A stretch of 62,107 nt of DNA from an uncultured Ktedonobacteraceae bacterium (GCA_964248005.1 CAXTWV010000003.1:1-62107), one strand, 5' to 3'; shown: positions 36,815-46,088, counted from the first letter of the stretch. A program made the numbers and translations. The notes: generated by a model not told the origin, from the sequence alone.

Positions 36815-36842
36815 GTCACTGACGTTCTGTACTGCCCCGATT

Positions 36843-36880
36843 AACCAAAAAACGGCCTCTAACAAGGTCGTTTTTTGGTT
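36843..36880. terminator. hairpin between convergent tnpB and tspO (12-bp A/T-rich stem)
   Basis: AACCAAAAAACG gcctctaacaaggt CGTTTTTTGGTT. T-runs on both strands. Confidence 0.55.
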
Positions 36881-36976
36881 GACTTCGCACTTAGACGCAC
36901 TTCCTTTCGCTGCCAAGATTCGCTTCTCACCACTAAGACGAATATGCAACAAGCCTTTGTGTGACGCAAAGAATGG

Positions 36977-37483
36977 TTAGCGAAATAACCAGTCGAGCCA
37001 CCCCAGTTTGAGGATGAACGTGAACGGCATCCAAAGTAACCACGGTGAGAGCCACAAGACAGCACCCTTTGAGTAACGCGAATAGATCCAAGCGGTGGCA
37101 TAAGCGAGCATGAACCCTGTACCATCGATAATCTGAGTCATCTGAACACTTCGAGAGAGCCAGAAGGTGAAACCTTGAAACAACGAGACGGCAAAGATGA
37201 GGAGAGGTTCCTGCACACGTACCTCATGGCGACGACGCCAGACTAGCCATGTGGCAACACCCATACAGGGATAGATAATAAACCAAACGAGCCAGAATGG
37301 GGTAGAGGAGGAAACACCTGGAAATTTGTAATCATTGAGTGCTTTCGCTCCTCCTGTTGTACGATTTCGTGTGAAAGCCACACCTGCTATGCCCATTCCA
37401 AGAGCAAGTATGCCGCCCGCAAACACTAAAGCCATCCACCAAGGGGAGGTATTGTGAGGATTTGTACGAGATATTGATTTCAT
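36977..37483 (-). CDS. tspO: TspO/MBR family tryptophan-rich sensory protein
   Basis: ORF 36977-37543, started at MKSISRTNPHN (ATG 37483). Five TM helices. Trp-rich: WWMALVFAGG, FWLVWFIIYPCMGVATWLVW, WLSPWLLWMPF. Confidence 0.75.
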   Translation of the reverse strand: MKSISRTNPHNTSPWWMALVFAGGILALGMGIAGVAFTRNRTTGGAKALNDYKFPGVSSSTPFWLVWFIIYPCMGVATWLVWRRRHEVRVQEPLLIFAVSLFQGFTFWLSRSVQMTQIIDGTGFMLAYATAWIYSRYSKGAVLWLSPWLLWMPFTFILKLGWLDWLFR

Positions 37484-37539
37484 CGTCCTGTTCCTTTCTA
37501 TATGACAAAAAGTTTCTATAGTACGAAAAGAAAAAATGC

Positions 37540-38019
37540 TCAAGATATACGTGCTTCCTTCACGCGCTCTTCTGACGTATTCGTGTTCTTACCCAGGCGC
37601 GTTAGTAAATCAAGGAGTTGCTGTTGCTCGTATGAGGTAAGAACCGAAAAGAACTGTTGCGCTGTTTGTCGGTCGATTTCTTTGGCTTGACGGATTGTCT
37701 CTATCCCTTCAAGCGTGAGATGGACAAGATGAGCACGCCGATCCTGCGGATGAGGATGTCGCTTTACTCGCCCTTGCTGCTCCAGTAGATTCAGTAAGTC
37801 AACCATAGTGGTCTTATCAATACCAAGCTGGCTGGTGAGATGGGCTTGCACCTGTGGTCCACGATGCTCTAAAGTCAGAAGAATAGCTAGATGCTGCCCA
37901 GTTATCCCAAGAGGCGCGAGGGCGGGTACATAAAACTGTTGAACAAGACCAGCCACTCGACCAAGTATAAAGCCAGTCAAGGTAGTGAGATGATCTGGTA
38001 TAGGATGAGTCTCGAACAT
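37540..38019 (-). CDS. MarR family transcriptional regulator
   Basis: Winged HTH: HLAILLTLEHRGPQVQAHLTSQLGIDKTTMVDLLNLLEQQGRVKRHPHPQDRRA. Co-oriented immediately upstream of tspO (stop at 37540, tspO ATG at 37483). Confidence 0.85.
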   Translation of the reverse strand: MFETHPIPDHLTTLTGFILGRVAGLVQQFYVPALAPLGITGQHLAILLTLEHRGPQVQAHLTSQLGIDKTTMVDLLNLLEQQGRVKRHPHPQDRRAHLVHLTLEGIETIRQAKEIDRQTAQQFFSVLTSYEQQQLLDLLTRLGKNTNTSEERVKEARIS

Positions 38020-38053
38020 AAAAAGCCTTTCAATGAGCTAGTATCATTCAACA

Positions 38054-38108
38054 ATAATGTTCCCTTAAGAAACATTTCCTCCGAAAACGTTTCTTAAGGG
38101 AACATTAT
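38054..38108. promoter_or_regulatory. 20-bp perfect inverted repeat 35 nt upstream of the marR start (operator or RNA element candidate)
   Basis: ATAATGTTCCCTTAAGAAAC (38054-38073), a 15-nt spacer, then GTTTCTTAAGGGAACATTAT (38089-38108). No T-run follows on the minus strand. Confidence 0.4.
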
Positions 38109-38148
38109 CACAGAGTTTTCATTCTGTCAAGTACTTTATAGATATATA

Positions 38149-38200
38149 AAACAGAAGAGTGCCGCCGAATGAGTTCTCATTCGATGGCACTCTTCTGTTT
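38149..38200 (-). terminator. rho-independent terminator of ispG
   Basis: On the minus strand: AAACAGAAGAGTGCC..CGAATGAG aa CTCATTCG..GGCACTCTTCTGTTT followed by TATATATC. It starts 13 nt after the ispG stop. Confidence 0.7.
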
Positions 38201-38212
38201 GCACTCTACTAC

Positions 38213-39448
38213 TTACCTCTTCAACATCGGTAAGTTCATGCCCTCATCACGGGTGCGATGGGAACCAGCAGTCTCTTGAATGCCGCCTTCTGGATAGACC
38301 AATCGCGCCTCGGCAGGGGGCAAGAGACTGGCAACTTCCTTCAAGACAGCATCGAGGAATTGATCTTCTGGTACAGTTTTGACGACCTCACCTTTGCGGA
38401 AGATGACACCCTTCCCTTTCCCACCAGCAAGACCAACATCTGCATCACGCGACTCACCAGGGCCGTTAACAACACAGCCCATGACCGCGACCTGGATAGG
38501 AGTCTGCACCTTTGCCAGTCGCTTCTCAACCTCGTTCGCAACCTGGATTACGTCGATTTCGACACGCCCACATGATGGACAAGAAACAAAGGTCACACCA
38601 CGATTGCGTAGTTCAAGCGACTTCAAAATGTCGTATGCAACCGGAATTTCTTCCTCTGGCTCCGCACTGAGACTTACACGGATGGTATCACCAATGCCCT
38701 CAGCAAGAAGCAGACCTAAACCTACCGCAGACTTTACAGAGCCGCCAACAAGTGTACCAGCCTCTGTAATACCAAGATGCAATGGATAGTCCGAACGCTG
38801 TGAGAACTTACGATAGGCTTCAACGGCAGTGAGTACGGTTGAGGACTTGAGCGAGATGATGATCTCATGGTAGTCCACTTCTTCACACCAACTCACATAC
38901 TCTAGTGCCTTCAAGACCATACGCTCGGAAAGGTGATCGCGCTCCTTACGGCGTGCCTCGGCGGGATCGGTGCGCTCTAACACCCCATCGTCGCGTAGGC
39001 GAACCTGGATGCGTTGCATCTGAGCCTTCTGGTCCAGTGCATCGATTGAACCAGAATTCACACCAATACGCATCGCGACGCCATGTTCTTTCGCGGCTAT
39101 GGCGATCTGCTCAAGTGACTTACGCCCATTGAGCAAGTTGCCTGGATTAATGCGTACCTTGTCGATGCCCTGACGAATGACTTCTAAGGCAAGGGCTGGA
39201 TTATAGTGAATATCGGCAACGAGCGGAATGGAAATCTGCTTTTTAATCTCGCTGATAACAACCGCGTCTTCCATCTCTGGTACGGCGACACGCACTATTT
39301 CACAGCCAACGTCCTCAAGACGATGAATCTGATCAACGGTGCTTTTGACATCGCGGGTATAGGTTGTCGTCATAGATTGCACCGCGATGGGTGCATCTCC
39401 ACCAAGAGCTACATTACCGACATGTATCTGTCGGGTTTTCTTTCTCAT
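38213..39448 (-). CDS. ispG: 4-hydroxy-3-methylbut-2-en-1-yl diphosphate synthase
   Basis: IHVGNVALGGDAPIAVQSMT, RINPGN, and Fe-S Cys motifs FVSCPSCGR and VMGCVVNGPGE. Confidence 0.95.
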   Translation of the reverse strand: MRKKTRQIHVGNVALGGDAPIAVQSMTTTYTRDVKSTVDQIHRLEDVGCEIVRVAVPEMEDAVVISEIKKQISIPLVADIHYNPALALEVIRQGIDKVRINPGNLLNGRKSLEQIAIAAKEHGVAMRIGVNSGSIDALDQKAQMQRIQVRLRDDGVLERTDPAEARRKERDHLSERMVLKALEYVSWCEEVDYHEIIISLKSSTVLTAVEAYRKFSQRSDYPLHLGITEAGTLVGGSVKSAVGLGLLLAEGIGDTIRVSLSAEPEEEIPVAYDILKSLELRNRGVTFVSCPSCGRVEIDVIQVANEVEKRLAKVQTPIQVAVMGCVVNGPGESRDADVGLAGGKGKGVIFRKGEVVKTVPEDQFLDAVLKEVASLLPPAEARLVYPEGGIQETAGSHRTRDEGMNLPMLKR

Positions 39449-39532
39449 TACGAGTTACTCCATGTGCAAGTTTTGGAAAAATGAGAGTTATCACGAACAT
39501 CGTGATATTTTCATAACCTCAAATACTTGCGT

Positions 39533-40741
39533 TTAGCCGCCCCAATGGGTGACATCACTAATAGTAATAACAATCATCAGGGTCAATAATATTGCCATAC
39601 CGATTAAGTTAATAATACCTTCGCGCTCTGGCTTGAGACGCTTCCCACCGCGTAGAAGTTCAATCAATATAAGTAGGATGCGTCCACCATCTAAAGCGGG
39701 GAAAGGTAAAATGTTGATGATGGCAAGGTTAAGGCTTAATACAGCCGTCAGACTGAGAATAGGCCACCATCCAAGATCAGGAACACTTTGTGCCACTTGA
39801 CCCGTTATCTTCACAATACCAACGGGACCAGCGAATTGCGGATGAATAGCACCAGTAATCATCTGCCCAATAGCACCAATAAACTGACTTGTTACCTCGT
39901 AAGTGTGTGCAATGCCCTTAAATGGTGCTTGCCAGAGAGGAGATGTGATCAGGACTTCCTTCGTCCCAATACCCATTTTACCCTGATTCGCTTGAGGATG
40001 TGCGCGTGCATTCACAGTAACAGGAATGCGCGTTGTGTTGCCTTTATGCTGAATCACAAGGTTTACTGGCACGATATTGTGCTTATTATTATCGGCGGCA
40101 ACAACATTGTTCACCTGTGTTACCACGTCATCAAAGGTTTGGACAGAGGTACCATTGACACTGACAATGGTATCATCTGGACGCAAGCCAGCGACCTGTG
40201 CGGGTGAGTTTGCTTCAACGGTACCAACCATAGCTGGAAAGGTAGGCTCACCAAGTCCATATGCAATTGTGAATAGCACCATCGCGAGCAGTACATTCAT
40301 AATGACGCCAGCGACCAGCACAATGATACGCTTGCCAGCCGATTTCGCAGCAAAGCTTCCTGCATCATACTTGCCCTCGGCATCGTTAATGTCGCCATTC
40401 TCTCCAGGCATACGCACAAAGCCACCAATAGGCAGGAAATTCAGCGAATAAATTGTGTGGTCAGAAACACCGGGAGTACTTACGCCACCACTTGTACCAC
40501 TGAACGGTGTTTGTTTTCCATCAGTATATGCATCTTCAGTATTGCTATTTCCACCAAGCCAGATTACTTCCCAACCTCCGCTATTACGCTTGCGGATACC
40601 CACAAGACGAGGTGGGAAACCAAGCCCAAATTCCTCAACACGAATACCTGCCCACTTCGCCGTGATAAAATGTCCAAACTCATGGACCAGTACCAGCAAC
40701 CCGAATACCGGAATGGCAGCAAGTAAGTACCAGTTATTCAT
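39533..40741 (-). CDS. rseP: RIP metalloprotease RseP (site-2 protease, M50)
   Basis: HEFGHF zinc motif in TM1. PDZ region (SPAQVAGLRPDDTIVSVNG). NILPFPALDGG. Confidence 0.9.
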   Translation of the reverse strand: MNNWYLLAAIPVFGLLVLVHEFGHFITAKWAGIRVEEFGLGFPPRLVGIRKRNSGGWEVIWLGGNSNTEDAYTDGKQTPFSGTSGGVSTPGVSDHTIYSLNFLPIGGFVRMPGENGDINDAEGKYDAGSFAAKSAGKRIIVLVAGVIMNVLLAMVLFTIAYGLGEPTFPAMVGTVEANSPAQVAGLRPDDTIVSVNGTSVQTFDDVVTQVNNVVAADNNKHNIVPVNLVIQHKGNTTRIPVTVNARAHPQANQGKMGIGTKEVLITSPLWQAPFKGIAHTYEVTSQFIGAIGQMITGAIHPQFAGPVGIVKITGQVAQSVPDLGWWPILSLTAVLSLNLAIINILPFPALDGGRILLILIELLRGGKRLKPEREGIINLIGMAILLTLMIVITISDVTHWGG

Positions 40742-40753
40742 CCCATGCTCCCT

Positions 40754-41941
40754 TTACAATTGTTTTTGTATCTTTGTTGAATAAATTTCTTGTGTCATTC
40801 TCCGCGCCCATGCACAGGCATCTAACGTTTCAGCAACATTTGGCGATGCGATAGATGTATGACGCGCTAATACGGTCTCTATAAGTTCCGCGATCTCTAG
40901 TAGTTTGATTTTTCCATGTAAAAACAGGTCTACCGCCTCTTCGTCCGCTCCAACAAGCACACATGGATAAGTACCACCTCGTTTCGCGGCTTCAAGCGCA
41001 AGCCTAAAACAGGGGAAACGCGCGGTATCCAATGCCTCGAAGTTGATTCGTGCGATCTCAGGCCAACGAAGCTCACGAATTAAGCCACTCTCGGCAGCTT
41101 GTAGCCGATGAGGGTAGGCAAGCGCGTTCATGATTGGCAAATGCATACTGGGTAAGCTTGCCTGCATTTTGATAGAACCGTCGATGAACTCGACCATCGA
41201 ATGTATAATACTCTCAGGTTGGACCACCACCTCAATACGCTCATAGGGTATATCGAACAGCCAGTGTGCCTCTATGACCTCTAATCCTTTGTTCATCAGT
41301 GTAGAAGAGTCAATCGTGATCTTTGGCCCCATACGCCATGTAGGATGTGCGAGGGCCTGCTCGATGGTTACTGACTGCATCTGTTCAAGCGTAGCATGTC
41401 GAAAAGGTCCACCAGAGGCAGTTATAATCAAATGACGTATGTCCCCATGTTCTTCCCCACGGAGGCACTGCCAAATTGCACTATGCTCACTGTCTATAGG
41501 AAATATATTTACTTCCGCCTGTTTAGCAGCAGCTGTGACAAGATGACCTGCCATAACGAGTGTTTCTTTATTTGCAACGGCAATAGTTTTGCCAGCTTCA
41601 ATAGCGGCTAATGTGGATTCGAGTGCCATCAGACCAGAAGTTGCAGCTACAACGATGTCTACGTCGGGATGTGTCGCGGCAGCAGTAAGTCCCTGTGTAC
41701 CGAGAATAACACCCGGTAGTGCTGATGTCGCGGCGCGTTCGAGTTCTGGCGTTTCGGCAAAGCAGGCAACAAGCTGTGGATGAAATTCCTCTACCTGTTG
41801 TGTGAGTAAAGCGATATTGCTGCGAGCGGCAAGGGAGACAATACGAAAATGTTCTGGGAAGCGTCGCACAACGTCTAATGTTTGTCGTCCAATTGAGCCT
41901 GTACTACCGAGTAAGGCAATACGTTTAGGAATAATGGTCAT
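40754..41941 (-). CDS. dxr: 1-deoxy-D-xylulose 5-phosphate reductoisomerase
   Basis: ORF 40754-41962, started at MTIIPKRIALLGSTGSIG. VANKETLV, PIDSEHSAIWQC, ASGGPFR. Confidence 0.95.
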   Translation of the reverse strand: MTIIPKRIALLGSTGSIGRQTLDVVRRFPEHFRIVSLAARSNIALLTQQVEEFHPQLVACFAETPELERAATSALPGVILGTQGLTAAATHPDVDIVVAATSGLMALESTLAAIEAGKTIAVANKETLVMAGHLVTAAAKQAEVNIFPIDSEHSAIWQCLRGEEHGDIRHLIITASGGPFRHATLEQMQSVTIEQALAHPTWRMGPKITIDSSTLMNKGLEVIEAHWLFDIPYERIEVVVQPESIIHSMVEFIDGSIKMQASLPSMHLPIMNALAYPHRLQAAESGLIRELRWPEIARINFEALDTARFPCFRLALEAAKRGGTYPCVLVGADEEAVDLFLHGKIKLLEIAELIETVLARHTSIASPNVAETLDACAWARRMTQEIYSTKIQKQL

Positions 41942-42010
41942 AATTTCTTTATCACATAACAAATCTAATGTTTGCCTACTATATTGGCAAACACAATGTT
42001 TTGTCCCTCT

Positions 42011-43072
42011 TCATATTATAGCAGGGTCACGTCGAAGCGTATAGCAATGGTCCCGTAAAGGACTATCGTAGGGACCCATTAATAGCGGCCGTTTAGACTT
42101 TAGCGAGGGCCAAACGACCCGATGAATCGGTGCCAACCATACTATAAGCTGGGCAAAGACATAGATAATGATGACGGCAAAGAGCAAGCTGTCTATACGG
42201 TCAAGCATTCCACCGTGTCCTGGCATGAACTGACCACTATCTTTGACGCGCGTTTGACGCTTAATCAACGACTCAGCGAGATCACCAAACACGGATGCGA
42301 TACCGACCAGGATACCAAGTACAATCGCAAGGTACCATGGAACACCTAGCTGCTTTACGGTTAGAATTAAAGCCGCCGTGATTGACAGGATAAAGCCGCC
42401 GAGTACACCTTCCCACGTCTTCGCTGGACTGATTCTTGGAGCGAGTTTGTGGCGTCCAAAGTAACGTCCCGCGAAAAATGCTGCCGCATCGAAGCCCCAC
42501 ACGCCGAGAAGCAATATTAAGAGCCACCATACACCTCGCGGCAAATAGAGCCACGACGGGTTCGTCAAGATATGTAAAACATCGATTCGGCTTGAGTCGG
42601 GACCGCGCAGTAATAAAAAGAAACTCATGGGCCAACCCAGATAGATCGAGATAGCCAGCGTCAAAGCCCAATCTACCATTGCACCATCAAGCTTCTTACG
42701 AACGAAGAGCCAGGGAAATGATACAAGTAAGCCCGCTCCCAAGCTCGTTTCAAGAATTAATTGCCGTTGCTGGGGAAACATTGCGGCTATCAGAAAAAGG
42801 ACGCTCAAGCCAAAGCTAACCCAGATTAACGGATGATAGCCTGCGTTAAGCAACATATTATGCAGTTCTAGTGTCCCTAGAATAACAACAAGCAATACGG
42901 CTGCAAACGCAATCCAACCACCGAACCAGACGAAGGTGAGCACAACAGGAATAGCGACCCCAGCTGTCAGCAAGCGTTGACCGATAGGTGATTTCTTCTT
43001 TTCGCCGGCCTGCACTGTCTCGGCCTGTAATTGCTCTTCACTTGCTCGCTGCACCCCATGACTCCTCTGCAT
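42011..43072 (-). CDS. cdsA: phosphatidate cytidylyltransferase
   Basis: ORF 42011-43225, started at MQRSHGV (ATG 43072). Polytopic. C-terminal signature SLIKRQTRVKDSGQFMPGHGGMLDRIDS. Confidence 0.85.
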   Translation of the reverse strand: MQRSHGVQRASEEQLQAETVQAGEKKKSPIGQRLLTAGVAIPVVLTFVWFGGWIAFAAVLLVVILGTLELHNMLLNAGYHPLIWVSFGLSVLFLIAAMFPQQRQLILETSLGAGLLVSFPWLFVRKKLDGAMVDWALTLAISIYLGWPMSFFLLLRGPDSSRIDVLHILTNPSWLYLPRGVWWLLILLLGVWGFDAAAFFAGRYFGRHKLAPRISPAKTWEGVLGGFILSITAALILTVKQLGVPWYLAIVLGILVGIASVFGDLAESLIKRQTRVKDSGQFMPGHGGMLDRIDSLLFAVIIIYVFAQLIVWLAPIHRVVWPSLKSKRPLLMGPYDSPLRDHCYTLRRDPAII

Positions 43073-43262
43073 GACCTTGATTAGAGTAGATTCTTCCCAA
43101 GAAATAAAACAGTGTATAGTATCCTCTACGATGAGAGTCTGTTTCTTGTTACAGAAAACAAAACAGGATGCACTGAAAAATGGTATAGGGGTAGGATACC
43201 CCGTTTTTTCGCGTCTTGCAAGCACACAAGACTATGTGATGTCATACACAAAGCAAGAAATG

Positions 43263-44048
43263 TTATCCCTCTTTGCGTAGTTTCCACAGATTTTCCCTTG
43301 GAAAGCGTCTTGCAAGTGCTGTTTCTTCTGCACTAACATATGCACTGGTAGCATCAATAGCAGGTTGCGTCTCGATCAAGTCCTCAATGACAAAGCCGTT
43401 GCGTCGAAAGAGACGAATCCACTCGCCATAGGGCAATTGAAAGTCTACCTCGTTATCCCATTCAATACGATGCAAACTAAAGTAATCATTAAGTACGGTT
43501 TGCCCAATCGCGCCAGTTTGTCTATCCTGACAAATTGCCGAAATAGGAGTTGCAGTCATAAACGCAAAAAGGCCACCGTTTCGTAGCAAACGTGCTGCCT
43601 CTGCAACTGCACGATAGGGATCCGAAAAGGTCATCGCACCCCAATCGCAAAAGACAACATCAAAACTGGCATCAGGTAGAGGCACGCTCTCGGCACTAGC
43701 TTCAATAAGTGGAAAGGATATACCCGCTTCGCCCATTAAAAGTTGTGCGTGTTGTAGCTGTCGAGAGGAAATATCAAGGCCAACAGGTCGCGCCCCCTGT
43801 TGTGCCAAAGCAATAGACCAACGCGCCGCCCCACAGCCAAATTCCAGGATATCTTTATCTGCTACGTCACCAAGCACATGCAGCTTTGCCTCTGGAATAC
43901 GCCATTCGCCCCACGCCAATGCATGTTCTCCTGACAACACGTGTGCATTATGCCGCTCATATTCATCACTTGTTGCATTCCACATTTCCCTATTCTTACT
44001 CACGTACTCTGGAAGTTGAGAAACATCCAAGTTTTTGTTGTCACTCAT
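43263..44048 (-). CDS. class I SAM-dependent methyltransferase
   Basis: Motif I DILEFGCGAARWSIALAQQGARPVGLDIS. Motif post-I/II FDVVFCDWG. Confidence 0.8.
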   Translation of the reverse strand: MSDNKNLDVSQLPEYVSKNREMWNATSDEYERHNAHVLSGEHALAWGEWRIPEAKLHVLGDVADKDILEFGCGAARWSIALAQQGARPVGLDISSRQLQHAQLLMGEAGISFPLIEASAESVPLPDASFDVVFCDWGAMTFSDPYRAVAEAARLLRNGGLFAFMTATPISAICQDRQTGAIGQTVLNDYFSLHRIEWDNEVDFQLPYGEWIRLFRRNGFVIEDLIETQPAIDATSAYVSAEETALARRFPRENLWKLRKEG

Positions 44049-44271
44049 ATACTATTATCTCCACCAAGGATATGCACGTAGAACTTCGTCAGTGTGCTCA
44101 AGCGTATGTTTTGCATCGTATCACTATATCTCATGTTACAATATAATAGAAGATAGGGATGTACTCTACTCACGGCAGAGAGAAGAGCATTTTGAAGAAG
44201 GAACCTAAGCAAGCGATTATAGAGCAACTCCGCAGACATTGAAGTAAGACATAGCAATGAAGGAGAAAGAT

Positions 44272-45267
44272 ATGGCAATGGAAATCGTAGCAACCGGCTT
44301 TGGCAATCCAGACGTCTTGAAGGCAGTCTCGACCGAGCTACATGTGCCCGGACGGGGTGAGGTTGAGATTCGGGTTCGGGCCATCGGCGTGAACCACGTT
44401 GACTATACAATCTACTCTAACCCGAACTACACCAAGAGTCATGGAGCGAGTCCTCCCACTTTTCCGCTCAAACTTGGTGTGGAAGCGGCGGGCATCGTGA
44501 CGGCGGTTGGTGCGGAAGCGACAGGATCTGCCGGCCCTATCGTGCCTGGCGACGAGGTGATCGCATATCGCATCACTGGTAGCTACGCCGACACGATCAT
44601 CGTCGCCTCATCAGCGGTGGTGCCCAAACCGACTAAGCTGTCATGGGAGCAGGCGGCCTGCATGATGTTGGACGGTACCACCGCCGCCCATACCCTCGCC
44701 GCTGTACGTGCTCGACCAGGACAAACCGTGCTGCTTCATGGCGCAAGCGGTGGCGTGGGACTTTCAGCAGTGCAACTTGCGGTCCTCGACGGCATCAAGG
44801 TGATTTGCACGAGCAGCGAGAAAAGTTTCAGCACACTTCGCCACTATGGGGCTGAGCCTGTCAAGTATGGTGACGGACTGCTCCAACGAGTCCGAGGTAT
44901 CGCTCCCAATGGCATCGATGCGGCGATTGATCTTGTCGGCACTGATGAGGCAATCGATGTCTCGCTCGCGCTCGTGTCCGACCGCTCGCGTATCGCCACC
45001 ATTGTCGCCGTTGATCGGGCAAAGGAAACTGGCATCCAGGCACTCGGCGGCTCACCTGGGCAAGACGCAACCGGTATTGCTATCCGCAATGCTGCTCGAT
45101 TGCGACTGACGGCACTGGCACAGGCTGGAGCCTTTGAGGTGAACGTTGCTCACAGCTTCCCACTGACTCAGGCAGCGAAGGCGCACCAACTGTTCGCCAA
45201 GGGCGGTGCTGGTGGGCGGATCGTCCTGGTGCCAGATGAGGCAGACAATGACCTTGACCCGTTTTGA
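44272..45267 (+). CDS. NADPH:quinone oxidoreductase-like medium-chain dehydrogenase/reductase
   Basis: ORF 44257-45267. The ATG at 44272 follows AAGGAG. GFGNPDVLK, VRAIGVNHVD, cofactor loop LLHGASGGVGLSAVQLA. Visibly GC-richer than its flanks. Confidence 0.85.
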   Translation: MAMEIVATGFGNPDVLKAVSTELHVPGRGEVEIRVRAIGVNHVDYTIYSNPNYTKSHGASPPTFPLKLGVEAAGIVTAVGAEATGSAGPIVPGDEVIAYRITGSYADTIIVASSAVVPKPTKLSWEQAACMMLDGTTAAHTLAAVRARPGQTVLLHGASGGVGLSAVQLAVLDGIKVICTSSEKSFSTLRHYGAEPVKYGDGLLQRVRGIAPNGIDAAIDLVGTDEAIDVSLALVSDRSRIATIVAVDRAKETGIQALGGSPGQDATGIAIRNAARLRLTALAQAGAFEVNVAHSFPLTQAAKAHQLFAKGGAGGRIVLVPDEADNDLDPF

Positions 45268-45347
45268 TGGAGTCCCCACGTTGGAGAACTAGCTCAACAG
45301 TCTTTGTAAGTGACCAGAAAAATGTGCCAATACCTATAGAAGTTGAA

Positions 45348-45569
45348 ATGAATTTTGATACGCCTCTCACCTACTTCGAATTAAGGGGAGAGGCTCACGA
45401 TGAGCGCATAATCAGTGAGTCGCTGTTCTATACGGGCCTTATCCACGAAAACAAAGAGTTATCGAATCTTGAGTATTTTGAAAAAGCACAAACTCTTGCG
45501 TCAAGTAGCGGTATTCAGCGTGGAATGGAGGAAGCATCTACGCGAATAAAAAGTATTTCCAAACTGTAA
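45348..45569 (+). CDS. hypothetical small protein (doubtful)
   Basis: Part of ORF 45264-45569, counted from the Met of MNFDTPLTYFELRGEAHDER. No SD and no recognisable family. Confidence 0.25.
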   Translation: MNFDTPLTYFELRGEAHDERIISESLFYTGLIHENKELSNLEYFEKAQTLASSSGIQRGMEEASTRIKSISKL

Positions 45570-45592
45570 AAAGGTTGCCTGCATACTATGGA

Positions 45593-45853
45593 CTACCATC
45601 TAAATTTTCCACGCTCATAAGACTCAGCTTCAGCCTTTAGTGCTTCTTGTGACCGACGAAGTTCTTGACTAAGCAACGCAGATGAGGGCGTTTCACTGTT
45701 TCTCCTTCTCCAATCAAAAAACAGGCAAGCAAGAACGATACCGAGAAAACCGCCTATAACTATTCCGCTTCCATTTCCAATCTGAATAAGACTACCAATA
45801 AAGAAACCAAGTATCGCAATAAGCATAGTAACACTAATATTGATGTACTTCAT
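45593..45853 (-). CDS. hypothetical small two-TM membrane protein
   Basis: ORF 45593-45964, started at MKYINISVTMLIAILGFFIGSLIQ. Second TM IVIGGFLGIVLACLFF. Charged tail. No family recognised. Confidence 0.4.
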   Translation of the reverse strand: MKYINISVTMLIAILGFFIGSLIQIGNGSGIVIGGFLGIVLACLFFDWRRRNSETPSSALLSQELRRSQEALKAEAESYERGKFRW

Positions 45854-46088
45854 AATCGTCGCCTTTCGCCGGTGACAGAAAAAGGATGTTTCTAAATGTA
45901 TGTAGCTGCTATCATTGTAAACGCTTCTTGCTATGAAAAATAAAGGGTGAATTTGTGCAAACATGGGATGGTCAGACTGACCAGACCATGGTTGCCCAAA
46001 TTAACCCGTTATTTAGGTTTGTGTGGTGTTATTCCAAACATTCGTTTTATGTCCGCATACATTTTTTTTTTTGCCCCAACTTCACCCT

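Larger units (their letters stand above)
35418..36880 (+). mobile_element. IS200/IS605-family tnpB-only element (boundaries approximate)
   Basis: Contains only tnpB; there is no room for tnpA between the tRNA terminator and the ATG at 35477. The left limit is set just after a TTGAT pentamer at 35413-35417. The right limit is set at the hairpin 36843-36880. The ends cannot be fixed from a single copy. Confidence 0.4.
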
